In this document: positions 31,865-42,381 of the stretch, one piece after another | Position numbering within the stretch: position 1 is the stretch's first letter | How the letters are laid out: every line of letters begins with the position of its first letter | Source: Pseudomonadota bacterium | GTDB taxonomy: Bacteria > Bdellovibrionota > Bdellovibrionia > Bdellovibrionales > Bdellovibrionaceae | DNA: 64,000 bases | Assembly: GCA_041178425.1 (NCBI GenBank) | Contig: JBEGVH010000031.1 | Span: forward strand, 96,001-160,000 | Reading direction: 5' to 3' | Position numbers and translations under genes: made by a program | The notes under the pieces: model-generated | What the model was told of the DNA's origin: nothing | Database searches by the model: none | The model's input: the letters and a program-made list of their open reading frames with translations, nothing else

Positions 31865-32959
31865 TCAGAGGGATTTGGTGGCCTGAATTGTGGCCTCAGA
31901 AACCTCTGCCCGTTCAAAGTAAGGACTTGCGGAACTTGTGAGGTTAACCTTAATGAACAAATACTGGCCCGTTATGCCCGTTAACGCTTGAACCTGAGAT
32001 TTTGATAGTCCGGATTGTGTATAGACGGGAGTGTTCGTATTTGCAGAGCCAACATCGTAAGTCACTTGTCCACCCAAACTGCTCATACCTTCGGTAATCG
32101 TGAAGGTCGACATGTCCCAGTCCATCGAATCCGTTCCATCGACAACCCAGTGCCCATTTGCCGTGGGGCGATGAACATCGGCAACAAGAAGAAAGTATCC
32201 CCGGCGGAGGTCTGCAGTGACGGGTGAGCCGTTGTTCCAAGGATCGGACCATGTTGAGCCACCATTTGAAGACGCTTTATAGACAGGAAAAGCGTTGCAA
32301 GCGATTGGGTCGGTGACACTATAGTCGTAATCGCTAGTGCTAACCAGGGTTATATAATTCACCCCGTTTGGTGTTCCCGAAAAACTTGGCTTCAAAATAA
32401 GGGCCAATTCTGTTTGATTGGAAACGGCAAGTGGACTTGCCAAATCAAATTGAATCCAATTTTCCGCGTCCGCAGAAATATCGAGCATATTGCGAGATTG
32501 AGTCGAGCCAAGACTTGCGGCCGTTGGCACAGATGATTGGGCCGAATTAATATCAACTGAAACGGTTCCGGCCGCGCCTCCACTCCTAAAGGCCATCATT
32601 TTGATGGCTTGTAAATTCATTTTAACTGGAGGGGTAACAAATACGGCACTTCTCTTTGAATTTGAAGTGAGGGTATCTAAACTCGATTCTGTTGCAATCC
32701 CTAAGACATCTGTGTTGTGTGCGGCAGTTGAGTCGTAATCACACCCATATTCGGCAGTTCCTGTTTTAAGGAGGCGAAAGCTGGTCGCAGTTTTTTCGCC
32801 GTCGAGTATCGAGGCATTCTCCAAATTTGCGATCGTCAGCGTGAAGGTGTTGTCACTGGAGGGGTTATAATTATTAAACGAATAATTACAAGAGACTCCC
32901 GAGGCGGCAGAGACCAGCACCAAAAAAGGAATAACCACAAGATTTTGTTTAGAATCCAT
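31865..32959 (-). CDS. Hypothetical secreted or lipoprotein, beta-rich
   Basis: Hydrophobic N-terminus ending in SGVSC; Ser/Thr-rich; one S-x-N-G-G-S-T-W (Asp-box-like) motif. Confidence 0.6.
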   Translation of the reverse strand: MDSKQNLVVIPFLVLVSAASGVSCNYSFNNYNPSSDNTFTLTIANLENASILDGEKTATSFRLLKTGTAEYGCDYDSTAAHNTDVLGIATESSLDTLTSNSKRSAVFVTPPVKMNLQAIKMMAFRSGGAAGTVSVDINSAQSSVPTAASLGSTQSRNMLDISADAENWIQFDLASPLAVSNQTELALILKPSFSGTPNGVNYITLVSTSDYDYSVTDPIACNAFPVYKASSNGGSTWSDPWNNGSPVTADLRRGYFLLVADVHRPTANGHWVVDGTDSMDWDMSTFTITEGMSSLGGQVTYDVGSANTNTPVYTQSGLSKSQVQALTGITGQYLFIKVNLTSSASPYFERAEVSEATIQATKSL

Positions 32960-33569
32960 ACTGAACCCCAATATCGACTTCAATCGCGTGCCCTGGTTGT
33001 GCGATCATCGTGTCGTTTGGATAGTTCGAAAACGTGATCGTACGGCTCGGCTTCTGCCAGTAGCGAAGAAAAATAGGAAAGTAGAGTTTTCCCTCTTGCT
33101 TCCAGAAAAAGCCAAACTCAAAACCAGGTGTAAAGTAATTTAATTTGCTAGCGCCAGCAGTGGGGGAGCCCCTGAATGAAACACTTTCGTAGCCACCCAA
33201 AAAGGCCCAAAGAAAGCGTTTTTTAAAATACCCACCAAAGTTGACATAAATGTTTTGCAGAGACACGAGATAGTTACCACTCGTGCCATTGCTCCAGACC
33301 ACATTTTTAAAAGCGAGATCAGGCGTAATATTGATGCCGAGGCCATAGCGATACCATTTTAATTTAGGATAGCGCAGAAAGCTGAAGTCTAAGTGAAAGT
33401 GGTTAAAAGCGCTAAAATCTGAATTGTTTACGCCGTCAATGGTAATATTAGTAAATCCAATATTGGCGGTGAGAGCTTTGGGCTTTGGTTTTCGGATCAT
33501 CGCATGAGAATTTAGAATTCCCCCCAGTAGAACCACAGCAAAAGATAATATCAGAAAAATTCGGTGCAT
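32949..33569 (-). CDS. Putative small outer-membrane beta-barrel protein
   Basis: Signal peptide, alternating aromatic/Gly strands, C-terminal GVQYGF (BAM-type signal). Confidence 0.6.
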   Translation of the reverse strand: MHRIFLILSFAVVLLGGILNSHAMIRKPKPKALTANIGFTNITIDGVNNSDFSAFNHFHLDFSFLRYPKLKWYRYGLGINITPDLAFKNVVWSNGTSGNYLVSLQNIYVNFGGYFKKRFLWAFLGGYESVSFRGSPTAGASKLNYFTPGFEFGFFWKQEGKLYFPIFLRYWQKPSRTITFSNYPNDTMIAQPGHAIEVDIGVQYGF

Positions 33570-33598
33570 TTTTTATTTCCTATCTCTAAGATTTTGAA

Positions 33599-34315
33599 AT
33601 GAACTATCGAAAATGTCATAAGTTTTTTTATTTTGCGGTTAGGGTGGTCTTAACCTTGTTCGTGTCCTTGGAGCAGACGGGTTATGCAACTACGACCTCA
33701 ATGACAGAGCCCACTTATGGTCGAGGCAATAGCCTCTGGTTGCTCGGGGGAATAGGAGTCCCAGGCAACGATCTTGAGGTGCCGTCTCAACACTTAGAAG
33801 CAGGGGCTGATTTTTCGCTATCGCCAACGTTTTGGTGGGGGCCTTTTTATCAACTTGTGAACGCAACAAAAAAAGAAACTGTGAATTTTCTGGCCACAGG
33901 ATACCAGGAATCACGTGAGAGTTCTGTGAAAGCGAATGTGATAGGTTTGCAAATGCGATGGGAATTGACTGAGGCCAATCACATTCGACTTGGTATTGGC
34001 CAGTCTCAAACGCAGCTTCGCGTTCAATCCGTGTCCACCAATGCGCCGGTTCCCTCAACGGCTGTTGGTTTAGAGCTGAAGCCACCCTCTGGATCATCGC
34101 TCCAGCTTTCGATGCAGCGCCTATGGGAAACCAAGTCTGGGCCGGTTGGTGCTGAAGTGGGCTATAATATTACGTCTCTAAGCTCCAATGATTCCTTTGC
34201 CGAGCTTTATTTTGCAGCGGTGATGAAGTTCACCTTTTCTCAAAAAAAATCACCGCCCGATATGCTTCCGAGCAGTGATTTGAAAGATGGTGTGAATGTT
34301 CCTATGCCACTTTAG
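33599..34315 (+). CDS. Hypothetical exported protein, outer-membrane beta-barrel-like
   Basis: Signal-like N-terminus, amphipathic strands (GAEVGYNI, ELYFAAVMKFTF). Confidence 0.5.
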   Translation: MNYRKCHKFFYFAVRVVLTLFVSLEQTGYATTTSMTEPTYGRGNSLWLLGGIGVPGNDLEVPSQHLEAGADFSLSPTFWWGPFYQLVNATKKETVNFLATGYQESRESSVKANVIGLQMRWELTEANHIRLGIGQSQTQLRVQSVSTNAPVPSTAVGLELKPPSGSSLQLSMQRLWETKSGPVGAEVGYNITSLSSNDSFAELYFAAVMKFTFSQKKSPPDMLPSSDLKDGVNVPMPL

Positions 34316-34343
34316 TCAGTTTGAACACAATCAGTAGGTCGGT

Positions 34344-36956
34344 CTAATTAGCGCTTGGATCTGGACCGACGGTGCAAATAACCGGTGGTTGAGAGAAAAT
34401 CTCCTTTGCCACGCGCTGAATGTCTTTAGCGGTAATTGCTTTAAATCGCGACTCCATTTCGAAGGCTTCATTTATATTGAGGTCATAAAGAGCATCAAAC
34501 AAAATCAGCGAATTGATGTGGCTTGTTCTCTGCAAATCAATATGATGTCGACCGACAATATAGCGTCGAGCCTTGGCAAGCTCGTCTTCTGAAACTGGTT
34601 CGTTAATAAGCCGTTGAAATTCCGTAAAAAGCATTTCAATAGCCTTTTCTGTTTTCTCTGGTGAACATCCGATATAAGCGCCAAAGTAACCCGTCTCTAG
34701 GCCTTCCATGTGAATCGGACCAACGGAGTAGGCGAGCGAGTTCTTGTCTCTTAATTCAATAAAAAGTCGACCGCCCTGACCTGACAAGAGGCTATCGATA
34801 ATTTGCAGCACATAACGATCAGGATTCTTGAGTGAGAGGCCCGGAAATCCAATGGCGATATGAGTTTGTTCTCGATTGAGCACTTGGTGATGAGAGGTAG
34901 CTTCTTTGGGGTGTCGAACACTGAAGGCCTTCGTAAAGCGATCACCCTTTGGAAGTTGTGGGAGTTCTCGCTGTAAAAGTTCTTTCCAATAGTTCACATC
35001 GATGTTGCCGCTTACGGCAATCACCAAATTATTGGGATTCGCAATTTTCTTCCAATAATCCTGTAAGTCGCCGGCTTTAACGAGCTCGACACTTTCCTCT
35101 GTGCCCATAAGATCAAACTGATAGGGATGACCTTGAAAGAGAATTTCTTGAAGCTTAAGCATCGCTCTCTGAGCCCCTTTATCGTTTCTGTTATGCAATT
35201 GTTGTAGCATTACCGATTTCTCGCGGCTCAAGATGGAGTCTTGAAAGGATGGCTTTGTCAGAATTTTGGCCCAAAGCTCACCACACTCTTTCTCGAAGGG
35301 GCTTAGAAAGTCACTGTGTAGTCCAATAGAGTTTCTACCAGAAAAGGCACCGATACCTGCGGCTCGGGATTCGAAATAATGATAGATGTCTGCTTCTTTC
35401 ATATCTCCGAGATCGCCAATCCATGTTCGCGAAAGTAACTCAACGACGGAGCGACGATCGCCTTTCTCCGCGCGAATTCCTCCGGAGAAAGCTGCTTTTA
35501 CCGAAATCAGAGGCGTTTCTGTGATTTTTCTTAAGAGCAAGGTAGCCCCTGAGGGCAAAATCAATTTTTCTGTCTTCGCCGGCGCGGCATGAAGGGCAAT
35601 TTTTTTAAGCCCTTTTACAGACGAAGCTTTTTGTTTTTTTGTCAGAATCCCTTTAACAGAAGGCTCAACCTTCATGCGTTTTTTTAATTCACCAAGCGCT
35701 CTTTGAAAAGTCGTCTTGATGGCCGCTGGCTCCTTGGCTACCGATACAAATGTCAGCGTCTCTGGAACCAGGTACTTTCGTGCAACCCTTAGCAGGTCTT
35801 CGGGTTTGAGCTTGCGAATCTGTTCCATGTAGGTTTCAAAATGTGATGGATCCTTAAATGCGAATTCCCAAGACCCTAAGCTTCGAGAAAGACCATCAAC
35901 AGTTTCGAGTGCAAAATATTGCTCGCTTTCGATATTTACCTTCACTTTTGCCAGCTCTTCCGCCGATACAAGGCTGGTGCGAACTTCCATGATGGCCTTC
36001 ATGACTTCGTCGATGAGATCAACGAATTTTTCTTGTTTATAACTACCAGAGAATAAATAAAGTCCATCATCTGCCGAAGCGTAAAGGCTGGAGCCTATCG
36101 TGTTTGCCAAGTGTTTTTCAATTCGAAGGCGATGAACCAGCCGAGAGCTGTCCCCTTGTCCAAGAATCATTGAGAGGGCCTCAAGGGCTGGAGTGTCTTT
36201 GTGCTTGGTACTGGGAGCTCGAAATCCAAGGTGAAAAAAATTGTCTTGGAAAGTAGATTGCTGAATTTTGATTCGCGGAATTTTTTGTAACGGCTCTTTT
36301 GGTCTTTTGACGGCGCGGAATTTCTTTTCATGCGGAACATCAAAACTTTTCAGCTCCTTAACCAGCTCTTTGCTTTGCAGATTTCCTGCAACAACAAGAA
36401 ACATATTTTTGGGGTGATACCGACCATCAAAATAGGAAGTGAGAGTTTTTATGGGAACTTTGCGAATAATTTTTTCGTAGCCTATCACAGGAATGCCATA
36501 AGGATGTTTTTTGTAAACAGTTGAGAAAAGCAGTTGGCTCGCCACTCGAGGGAGGGAATCGAGGCCGCGTTTAATTTCTTCGATCACAACTTCGCGCTCG
36601 TTATTCACTTCTGTAGCGTCAAAAAGAGGGCTCGAAGTCATTTCCCGGATCACCTTAAGCGCAGTGCTTGTCTCACTTGAAGGCATGGTTACGTAATAAA
36701 CTGTTTGGTCAAAGGAAGTGTAGGCGTTTAGCTCTCCGCCGCAGCCTTCAACTGTTTTGGCGATCTCGCCAACCTTGTAGCTGGGAGTCCCCTTAAAGAC
36801 TAGATGTTCGATAAAGTGGCTAATTCCGCGCTCTTTGGGCGCCTCATCAGCGCTCCCAGTGCGCACCCACATTTGAACCGAGATCACCGGCGACTTGTGG
36901 CTTTCGATAAAAAGTACGCTCAAACCATTTTTCAGTTGTATTTTCTTATGCTTCAC
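34344..36956 (-). CDS. M16 family zinc peptidase (fused two-half pitrilysin-like)
   Basis: HFIEH inverted zinc motif, NAYTSFDQT; GTG at 36956 with GGGAG RBS. Confidence 0.92.
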   Translation of the reverse strand: MKHKKIQLKNGLSVLFIESHKSPVISVQMWVRTGSADEAPKERGISHFIEHLVFKGTPSYKVGEIAKTVEGCGGELNAYTSFDQTVYYVTMPSSETSTALKVIREMTSSPLFDATEVNNEREVVIEEIKRGLDSLPRVASQLLFSTVYKKHPYGIPVIGYEKIIRKVPIKTLTSYFDGRYHPKNMFLVVAGNLQSKELVKELKSFDVPHEKKFRAVKRPKEPLQKIPRIKIQQSTFQDNFFHLGFRAPSTKHKDTPALEALSMILGQGDSSRLVHRLRIEKHLANTIGSSLYASADDGLYLFSGSYKQEKFVDLIDEVMKAIMEVRTSLVSAEELAKVKVNIESEQYFALETVDGLSRSLGSWEFAFKDPSHFETYMEQIRKLKPEDLLRVARKYLVPETLTFVSVAKEPAAIKTTFQRALGELKKRMKVEPSVKGILTKKQKASSVKGLKKIALHAAPAKTEKLILPSGATLLLRKITETPLISVKAAFSGGIRAEKGDRRSVVELLSRTWIGDLGDMKEADIYHYFESRAAGIGAFSGRNSIGLHSDFLSPFEKECGELWAKILTKPSFQDSILSREKSVMLQQLHNRNDKGAQRAMLKLQEILFQGHPYQFDLMGTEESVELVKAGDLQDYWKKIANPNNLVIAVSGNIDVNYWKELLQRELPQLPKGDRFTKAFSVRHPKEATSHHQVLNREQTHIAIGFPGLSLKNPDRYVLQIIDSLLSGQGGRLFIELRDKNSLAYSVGPIHMEGLETGYFGAYIGCSPEKTEKAIEMLFTEFQRLINEPVSEDELAKARRYIVGRHHIDLQRTSHINSLILFDALYDLNINEAFEMESRFKAITAKDIQRVAKEIFSQPPVICTVGPDPSAN

Positions 36957-36971
36957 TTGAGAAAACTCCCG

Positions 36972-38132
36972 ATGGCATTTGGTATTTACGTTCACATTCC
37001 CTATTGTATTCAGCGGTGCAGTTATTGCGATTTTGCGACCTATGAAAAATCATCAATTCTGCCTCCTTCAGAGTATATCGAATTCGTTAAGAAAGAAATA
37101 CGGGCTTATGGTCCGCTCTTAACAGATCAGAAGGTCGATACGATTTATTTTGGTGGAGGAACTCCATCCTTGGTCGAGGCCGATCTGCTCATTTCTATTT
37201 TAAAGGAACTGAAGGGCCAGGGCTTTCAGTTTTCTAAAAATATTGAAATAACGATAGAAATCAATCCGGCGACTATTGATGAGCGAAAACTCGACCTCTA
37301 CCTAGAAAACGGGATCAATCGTTTTAGTGTGGGTGCTCAAACGTTTCGCGATGATCTCCTGAAGAGAGTGGGGAGAGAACACGATTCACTGGATACACGT
37401 AAAACTCTCGAGATCCTTGCACGAAGGGGTCTGAATTATACCTTCGACCTTTTGTTTGCCTTGCCCGGGCAGTCAATCCCGGATTTGACGAATGATCTCG
37501 AGATTGTTCGGGCGTTTTCTCCTAGCCATCTCTCGGCGTATTGTTTAACTGTTCCTGAGGGGCACCCTCTCGCTAAAGTTCGTTTGCCTGAGTCGGAACA
37601 AATCGAAATGTTTAAGCTCATCGAAACAGAGCTCGCCAAAATGGGCCTATTTCGTTACGAGATCAGCAATTTTGCCCGTCCACAGTATGAATCACGCCAC
37701 AATATGATTTATTGGACAGACGAAAATTATTGGGGAATTGGCCTCAGCGCCCATTCCTATATTAAAAATAAAAACTGGGGTCAGAGGTTTTGGAACCCCA
37801 ATAATATTCAGCAATACCTGAGCAAAATAAAGGCCCTTCCAGAGACAATAACGTCGGTCGTCGATGGTCGAAATAGTGACCAGTTTGAGAGCTTGACGGA
37901 AAATCAATCATTAACAGATTTTTGCCATACGTTTCTTCGTACGATGAGGGGGTTGAGTCTCGGCGAATTAGAGGCTAAATTCGGCAGCGCCAGAGAAAAA
38001 CAGCTGAAAGAAATCCTAGTTCAGTTACAAACTCGGGGGCTCATTGAGGAAAAAGACAATCGCTGGCGCCTCACCTCAGACGGAGTGCTTGTGAGCAACC
38101 ATGTTTTTGAGTTTTGTACTTTTTTAGATTAG
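36972..38132 (+). CDS. hemW: Radical SAM heme chaperone HemW (HemN-like)
   Basis: YVHIPYCIQRCSYCDF, YFGGGTPS, YEISNF, HN..YW; upstream ORF extension overlaps the M16 gene, so start set at ATG 36972. Confidence 0.9.
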   Translation: MAFGIYVHIPYCIQRCSYCDFATYEKSSILPPSEYIEFVKKEIRAYGPLLTDQKVDTIYFGGGTPSLVEADLLISILKELKGQGFQFSKNIEITIEINPATIDERKLDLYLENGINRFSVGAQTFRDDLLKRVGREHDSLDTRKTLEILARRGLNYTFDLLFALPGQSIPDLTNDLEIVRAFSPSHLSAYCLTVPEGHPLAKVRLPESEQIEMFKLIETELAKMGLFRYEISNFARPQYESRHNMIYWTDENYWGIGLSAHSYIKNKNWGQRFWNPNNIQQYLSKIKALPETITSVVDGRNSDQFESLTENQSLTDFCHTFLRTMRGLSLGELEAKFGSAREKQLKEILVQLQTRGLIEEKDNRWRLTSDGVLVSNHVFEFCTFLD

Positions 38133-38206
38133 AACGAGAAGTTGCTGTTTTGTTAAAGTTTAATTAAATTAGAAGTTTGAGAACTTTGAAAGTGTTGGGA
38201 GGTTTT

Positions 38207-38758
38207 ATGTCAGGTGAAAACAAAGTTGAAGCCGGAGTTGAAACAGAAGCAAAAAAAGAGGCTGAAGCTGCGGCTGGCGCAGAGTCTGTAATTGACCCTA
38301 CAGAGCAACTTCAAAAAGATGTAGAAAAGTGGAAAAACGACTACCTCTATTTGAGGGCGGAATTTGAAACTTATAAAAGAAATGCAATCAAAGAGCGAGC
38401 CGACATCACAAAATATGGATCTGAGCGTCTTGTTAATGAGATCCTTGCCGTCGTAGATAACTTTGATCGGGCCCTGAATATCAAGGCCACACCTGAAAAT
38501 ATTGATGTCTACTCTCAAGGGGTAAAGATGTCTGCGGCCGAGTTAAAGTCTGTACTGACTCGTTTTGGAGTGACCGAGGTTAAATGTGAGGGGATTCCCT
38601 TCGATCCAACTCTTCATGAAGCTTTAGGTGCCGAGGAAACTGATGGGGTGGCTGAGGGGCATATATCGAAGGTCTTTCGTTCAGCGTACAAACTCCATGA
38701 TCGCTTGATCCGTCCTGCACAGGTCATCGTGGCCAAGGCAAAACCTAAATCAAACTAA
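38207..38758 (+). CDS. grpE: Nucleotide exchange factor GrpE
   Basis: RAEFETYKR, VDNFDRAL, FDPTLHEA, RLIRPAQV; GGAGG RBS. Confidence 0.95.
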   Translation: MSGENKVEAGVETEAKKEAEAAAGAESVIDPTEQLQKDVEKWKNDYLYLRAEFETYKRNAIKERADITKYGSERLVNEILAVVDNFDRALNIKATPENIDVYSQGVKMSAAELKSVLTRFGVTEVKCEGIPFDPTLHEALGAEETDGVAEGHISKVFRSAYKLHDRLIRPAQVIVAKAKPKSN

Positions 38759-38791
38759 TCTTGGCTCCTCATCCAAGGAAAGGCACCTCCC

Positions 38792-39781
38792 GTGGCTAAA
38801 CAAGATTACTATAGTCTGCTCGGAATTTCTAGAAATGCGACGGCCGAAGAAATCAAAAAGGCCTATCGCCGTTTGGCGATGCAATATCATCCCGATAAGA
38901 ATCAGGGTAATAAGGCGGCCGAAGAAAAATTCAAAGAAATTTCTGAGGCCTACGAAGTCTTATCCAACGATCAGAAGCGAGCGGGCTACGACCGCTTTGG
39001 TCACGCGGGAGCACAGGGCTTCGGGGGAGGCCCCGGCGCGGGCGGTAATCCTTTTGGTGGAGGCGGTTTTGGAGGGTTTGGCGGAAGCGCGGCCGGCGAT
39101 CCGTTTCAGGATATTTTTGGCGATGTTTTTGGTGATCTCTTTAATCAGGGCCGCGGTGGCGGTGGCTTCTCTTCTCGACCGAGGGCTGCTCGTGGAGCTG
39201 ACCTACGATATACTTTGAATATTTCTCTTGAAGAGGCTGCTCGTGGTTGTGAAAAAACCATAAATTTTGTTCGAGTTCGCAATAACTCCGAAGAAAGTGC
39301 GAAGCTTATCGTCACTGTTCCTGCTGGGGTGCAGCAGGGGCAGCGCCTCAAATTGCGTGGTGAGGGTGATGGTGGAGTGAGTGGCGGTCAATCGGGAGAT
39401 TTATTTGTCATTATTAACCTCCAAGATCACAGTCTTTTCCGTCGCGAAGGAAACGATTGCGTCATTGAGCTTCCAGTCACCTTTGCTCAGGCCATTTTAG
39501 GGGCGGAGGTTGAAATCCCCACCCTAACGGGAAAAGCCTCTCTAAAGATTCCTTCTGGTTCTCACTCTGGTCAGATATTTCGTTTAAAAGGAAAAGGGTT
39601 TACCAAAGTTGGTGGGTTTAGTGCTGGCGATATGCTGGTTAAGCTTATCATCGATACGCCGGAGACTATTTCGCAAGAGCAAAGAGAGCTCGTGGAAAAA
39701 CTAAACCAATTGATTGGTGATACGCCCATGGTACGATCTTTCAGAGAAAAGATGGCTAATTATTTAAGGATGAAGAAATGA
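38792..39781 (+). CDS. dnaJ: DnaJ-class co-chaperone lacking the zinc-finger domain (class B)
   Basis: J-domain with HPD, G/F-rich region, C-terminal domain; no CxxCxGxG repeats. Confidence 0.9.
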   Translation: MAKQDYYSLLGISRNATAEEIKKAYRRLAMQYHPDKNQGNKAAEEKFKEISEAYEVLSNDQKRAGYDRFGHAGAQGFGGGPGAGGNPFGGGGFGGFGGSAAGDPFQDIFGDVFGDLFNQGRGGGGFSSRPRAARGADLRYTLNISLEEAARGCEKTINFVRVRNNSEESAKLIVTVPAGVQQGQRLKLRGEGDGGVSGGQSGDLFVIINLQDHSLFRREGNDCVIELPVTFAQAILGAEVEIPTLTGKASLKIPSGSHSGQIFRLKGKGFTKVGGFSAGDMLVKLIIDTPETISQEQRELVEKLNQLIGDTPMVRSFREKMANYLRMKK

Positions 39782-41733
39782 AACTATTCGGAAGTTTGTT
39801 TGTAACTCTTTTGTTGTGCACTGCTTGTGCCTCTTTGCCAGAAGTGGACTCAACTCACGCACAAGATATCAAGCCTGTTCAGGCTGAGAGAAAGAATGAT
39901 TTAATCGCCATCAGAAAGAAAATAAAAAACGGACGCCCCGAAGATAACATCAATTACTTGAATCAACAGCGGGGAGATCTAAAGGGGACTGAATTTGAAC
40001 CCGAGGTGGAGCAGCTTTTAGGTCAAGAATACTCTCGCCTGAATAAACACGCCGACGCCGGCATTTGTTACTTGAGAGCTGCGCGATCGAGTGCTGGGGC
40101 CGAGCGTCGATTTAAACTTTGCCAGCAAGCGGGAAAGTCATTTGAATTAGCTAAAGATTGGGATCGCCTCAAGAAGAGCGTCGACTACTGTCTAACGAGC
40201 TTTGAGATCCCTTCCGAAAATATCCGTGATCTCAAAGCACAGAAAATTATTGCATTAGAAGCTGAGGGCGCCAACCCAGTTGAAATTTCAAAAGCCTATG
40301 TAGACCTAACAGCCTCGTCACAAGGAGAGCTTGAGGGAAAGTATCGCGGTAAGGCCCTGCACTCCCTCGAAGGAATGGATCTTCGTCAGCTTGGTGAAGT
40401 TACGGCTGATAACGAATTTGGATTTTTGCGTGGACATGCCGCATACCGAATGGGTCAAATTTATTTGAGCCAGAGGGATACGGGCAATGCAAAGGAAGCG
40501 TTTGCAAAGACGACTCAATACCTTCCTGAAACGGAATTGGCCGAAGACGCGCAAAAGAAAATAGATCAAATTAGTATGGCGACAAACGTCAATCCCTCTA
40601 CGGTGGGAGCGGTTCTTCCTTTGTCGGGCAAGCATGCAGGCCTTGGTCAGAAGTTACTGAGAGGCTTACAAATGGGTCTGGGTCTTGACGGAGAAGGAAT
40701 CACACCCATAAAACTAGCAATAGTAGATAGTGAAGGTAATCCAGACCTGGCGCGACGTGGTGTCGACAAGTTAGTGGCCGAAGATAATGTTGTTGCGGTG
40801 ACGGGAAGTCTTTTGAGTAAGACAGCCAATGCTGTTGCTGATCAGGCGCAAGTTCTGAATGTTCCCAACCTTTCCCTTTCACAAAAACCAGGGTTAACCC
40901 AAATTGGCGAAAATATTTTTCGCTTCGGAATGACGAGTGAAATGCAAGTTCGCTTTTTGGTAAAGAAGTGCATGAAAGACCTTGGAATGAAGCGATTTGC
41001 CATTCTTTATCCGAACGATAAATTTGGTATCGAATACGCAAACTTGTTCTGGACGGAAGTCCTTGCGCGTGGCGGAGAGATTCGGGCTGCTCAGAGCTAT
41101 GAGCCGGAGGAAATTGATTTTTCTGCCCCCATTCAAAGGCTCGTAGGAACTTTCTACCAAGAAGAGCGACAAGAAGAAATGCGATGGGCACTTAAGTTAA
41201 GATCCGAAAAACAGAAGGGCGCCAGCTCTCGCTCCAAATCGAGTGATGATCTCCTAACCCCCGTGACTGATTTTGATGCCATTTTTATTGCCGACGGGAT
41301 CAAGGCTCTTGGCCAAATTTCTGCGATGCTTTCCTACAACGGAGTAAGAGGTAGTAAGCTCTTGGGTCTCAATTTATGGAATAATGAGTCTATTATAAAG
41401 AGAGTGGGTAACTCAAGTAACCAGGTGCTCTTCGTTGATAGTGCTCCACTCGACACGGCTTCCCCTGATGTACAGGCATTTGTCAGCCGATACAAAAGCC
41501 TCTTCAATGAGGATCCTGGTGTTTTTGAGGTTCAAGGTTTTGAAACGGGACTTCTTCTTAGCAAAGTCTTGTCTCAGAATGTTCGGTCGCGCTCTGACTT
41601 TCGGGATAGTTTAAAAACCTTAGCCCCCTTTAAGGGGTTGTCTGGCTCGGTTTCTCTCAAAGAGGGGCGAGAATTTAGTAAACAACTTTACTTGTATTCT
41701 ATAGACAACAATCAAATTAAAATTCTTAATTAG
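39778..41733 (+). CDS. LpoA-like lipoprotein (TPR plus periplasmic-binding-protein fold; penicillin-binding protein activator family)
   Basis: Lipobox CTAC, TPR-like helices, VGAVLPLSG...GSLLSK type I PBP fold. Confidence 0.75.
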   Translation: MKLFGSLFVTLLLCTACASLPEVDSTHAQDIKPVQAERKNDLIAIRKKIKNGRPEDNINYLNQQRGDLKGTEFEPEVEQLLGQEYSRLNKHADAGICYLRAARSSAGAERRFKLCQQAGKSFELAKDWDRLKKSVDYCLTSFEIPSENIRDLKAQKIIALEAEGANPVEISKAYVDLTASSQGELEGKYRGKALHSLEGMDLRQLGEVTADNEFGFLRGHAAYRMGQIYLSQRDTGNAKEAFAKTTQYLPETELAEDAQKKIDQISMATNVNPSTVGAVLPLSGKHAGLGQKLLRGLQMGLGLDGEGITPIKLAIVDSEGNPDLARRGVDKLVAEDNVVAVTGSLLSKTANAVADQAQVLNVPNLSLSQKPGLTQIGENIFRFGMTSEMQVRFLVKKCMKDLGMKRFAILYPNDKFGIEYANLFWTEVLARGGEIRAAQSYEPEEIDFSAPIQRLVGTFYQEERQEEMRWALKLRSEKQKGASSRSKSSDDLLTPVTDFDAIFIADGIKALGQISAMLSYNGVRGSKLLGLNLWNNESIIKRVGNSSNQVLFVDSAPLDTASPDVQAFVSRYKSLFNEDPGVFEVQGFETGLLLSKVLSQNVRSRSDFRDSLKTLAPFKGLSGSVSLKEGREFSKQLYLYSIDNNQIKILN

Positions 41734-41764
41734 ATGAATCTTAAATTAGCTTAAGATGAATAAT

Positions 41765-41798
41765 GGGCCTTTAGCTCAGGAGCGTTAGGCCTTTGTTT
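41765..41798 (+). terminator. Probable intrinsic terminator after the lpoA-like gene
   Basis: GGCCT-ttaGCTC-ag-GAGC-gtt-AGGCC followed by TTTGTTT. Confidence 0.5.
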
Positions 41799-41924
41799 AT
41801 TTGCTAAGCAAGATTTATTTTTTTGGTGACAGAAGTTTTCAGTTGGTTCTAACTCTCCAGAACTTAGCAACATGAGCATTGTGTTTTACACATGATCCTA
41901 TTTTGGATTTTGGAGGGGGGTAGG

Positions 41925-42287
41925 ATGCAGGATGCCAGCTTGTTGTCGATGAAACAGGCGTTGGTCGCACGGAGGAGTGCGATTCTCAACAAGTCTGTGG
42001 AATTTACGCGTGAACAGCGAGAGGAAGAGATTGGATTTTCTCGAGCTGATGAAGCGGAAATCGCCACCGTCGACTCAAATTTGAATTTGTCGTATCAAAT
42101 TCACGAAAGAGACCGAACGAGTTTACTTCAGATCGATCGAGCTCTGAGTAAAATTGCCGACGGAAGCTTTGGACGGTGTGAGGACTGTGGAGGTTCTATT
42201 TCGCCCAAGCGTCTCGAGGCGCGGCCGTTTGCGCTTTATTGCATTGAGTGTCAAGAAGAGCGCGAGGCAGGTTCACTAAAGTCTTAA
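41925..42287 (+). CDS. dksA: TraR/DksA C4-type zinc finger protein
   Basis: CEDC...RLEARP...CIEC; coiled-coil tip DEAEIA. Confidence 0.85.
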   Translation: MQDASLLSMKQALVARRSAILNKSVEFTREQREEEIGFSRADEAEIATVDSNLNLSYQIHERDRTSLLQIDRALSKIADGSFGRCEDCGGSISPKRLEARPFALYCIECQEEREAGSLKS

Positions 42288-42333
42288 TTTTCCGGTCTTT
42301 CAGAGTGGCCGAAAAATTTAACGACTAGCCAAG

Positions 42334-42381
42334 GACCTGGCTCTGGAAACAAATTTTTTAATTGTTTTCCAGAGCTAGGTC
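42334..42381. repeat. About 20 bp inverted repeat between dksA and lon
   Basis: GACCTGGCTCTGGAAACAA ... TTGTTTTCCAGAGCTAGGTC. Confidence 0.75.

Noticed and set aside
36804..36971. N-terminal ORF extension of hemW overlapping the M16 gene
   Set aside because: HemW homology begins at MAFGIYVHIP; the extension is antisense to the conserved HFIEH region
41765..41779. GGGCCTTTAGCTCAG resembles a tRNA 5' end
   Set aside because: No anticodon arm, T-loop (GTTCGA) or acceptor 3' strand follows; it folds as a terminator-like hairpin
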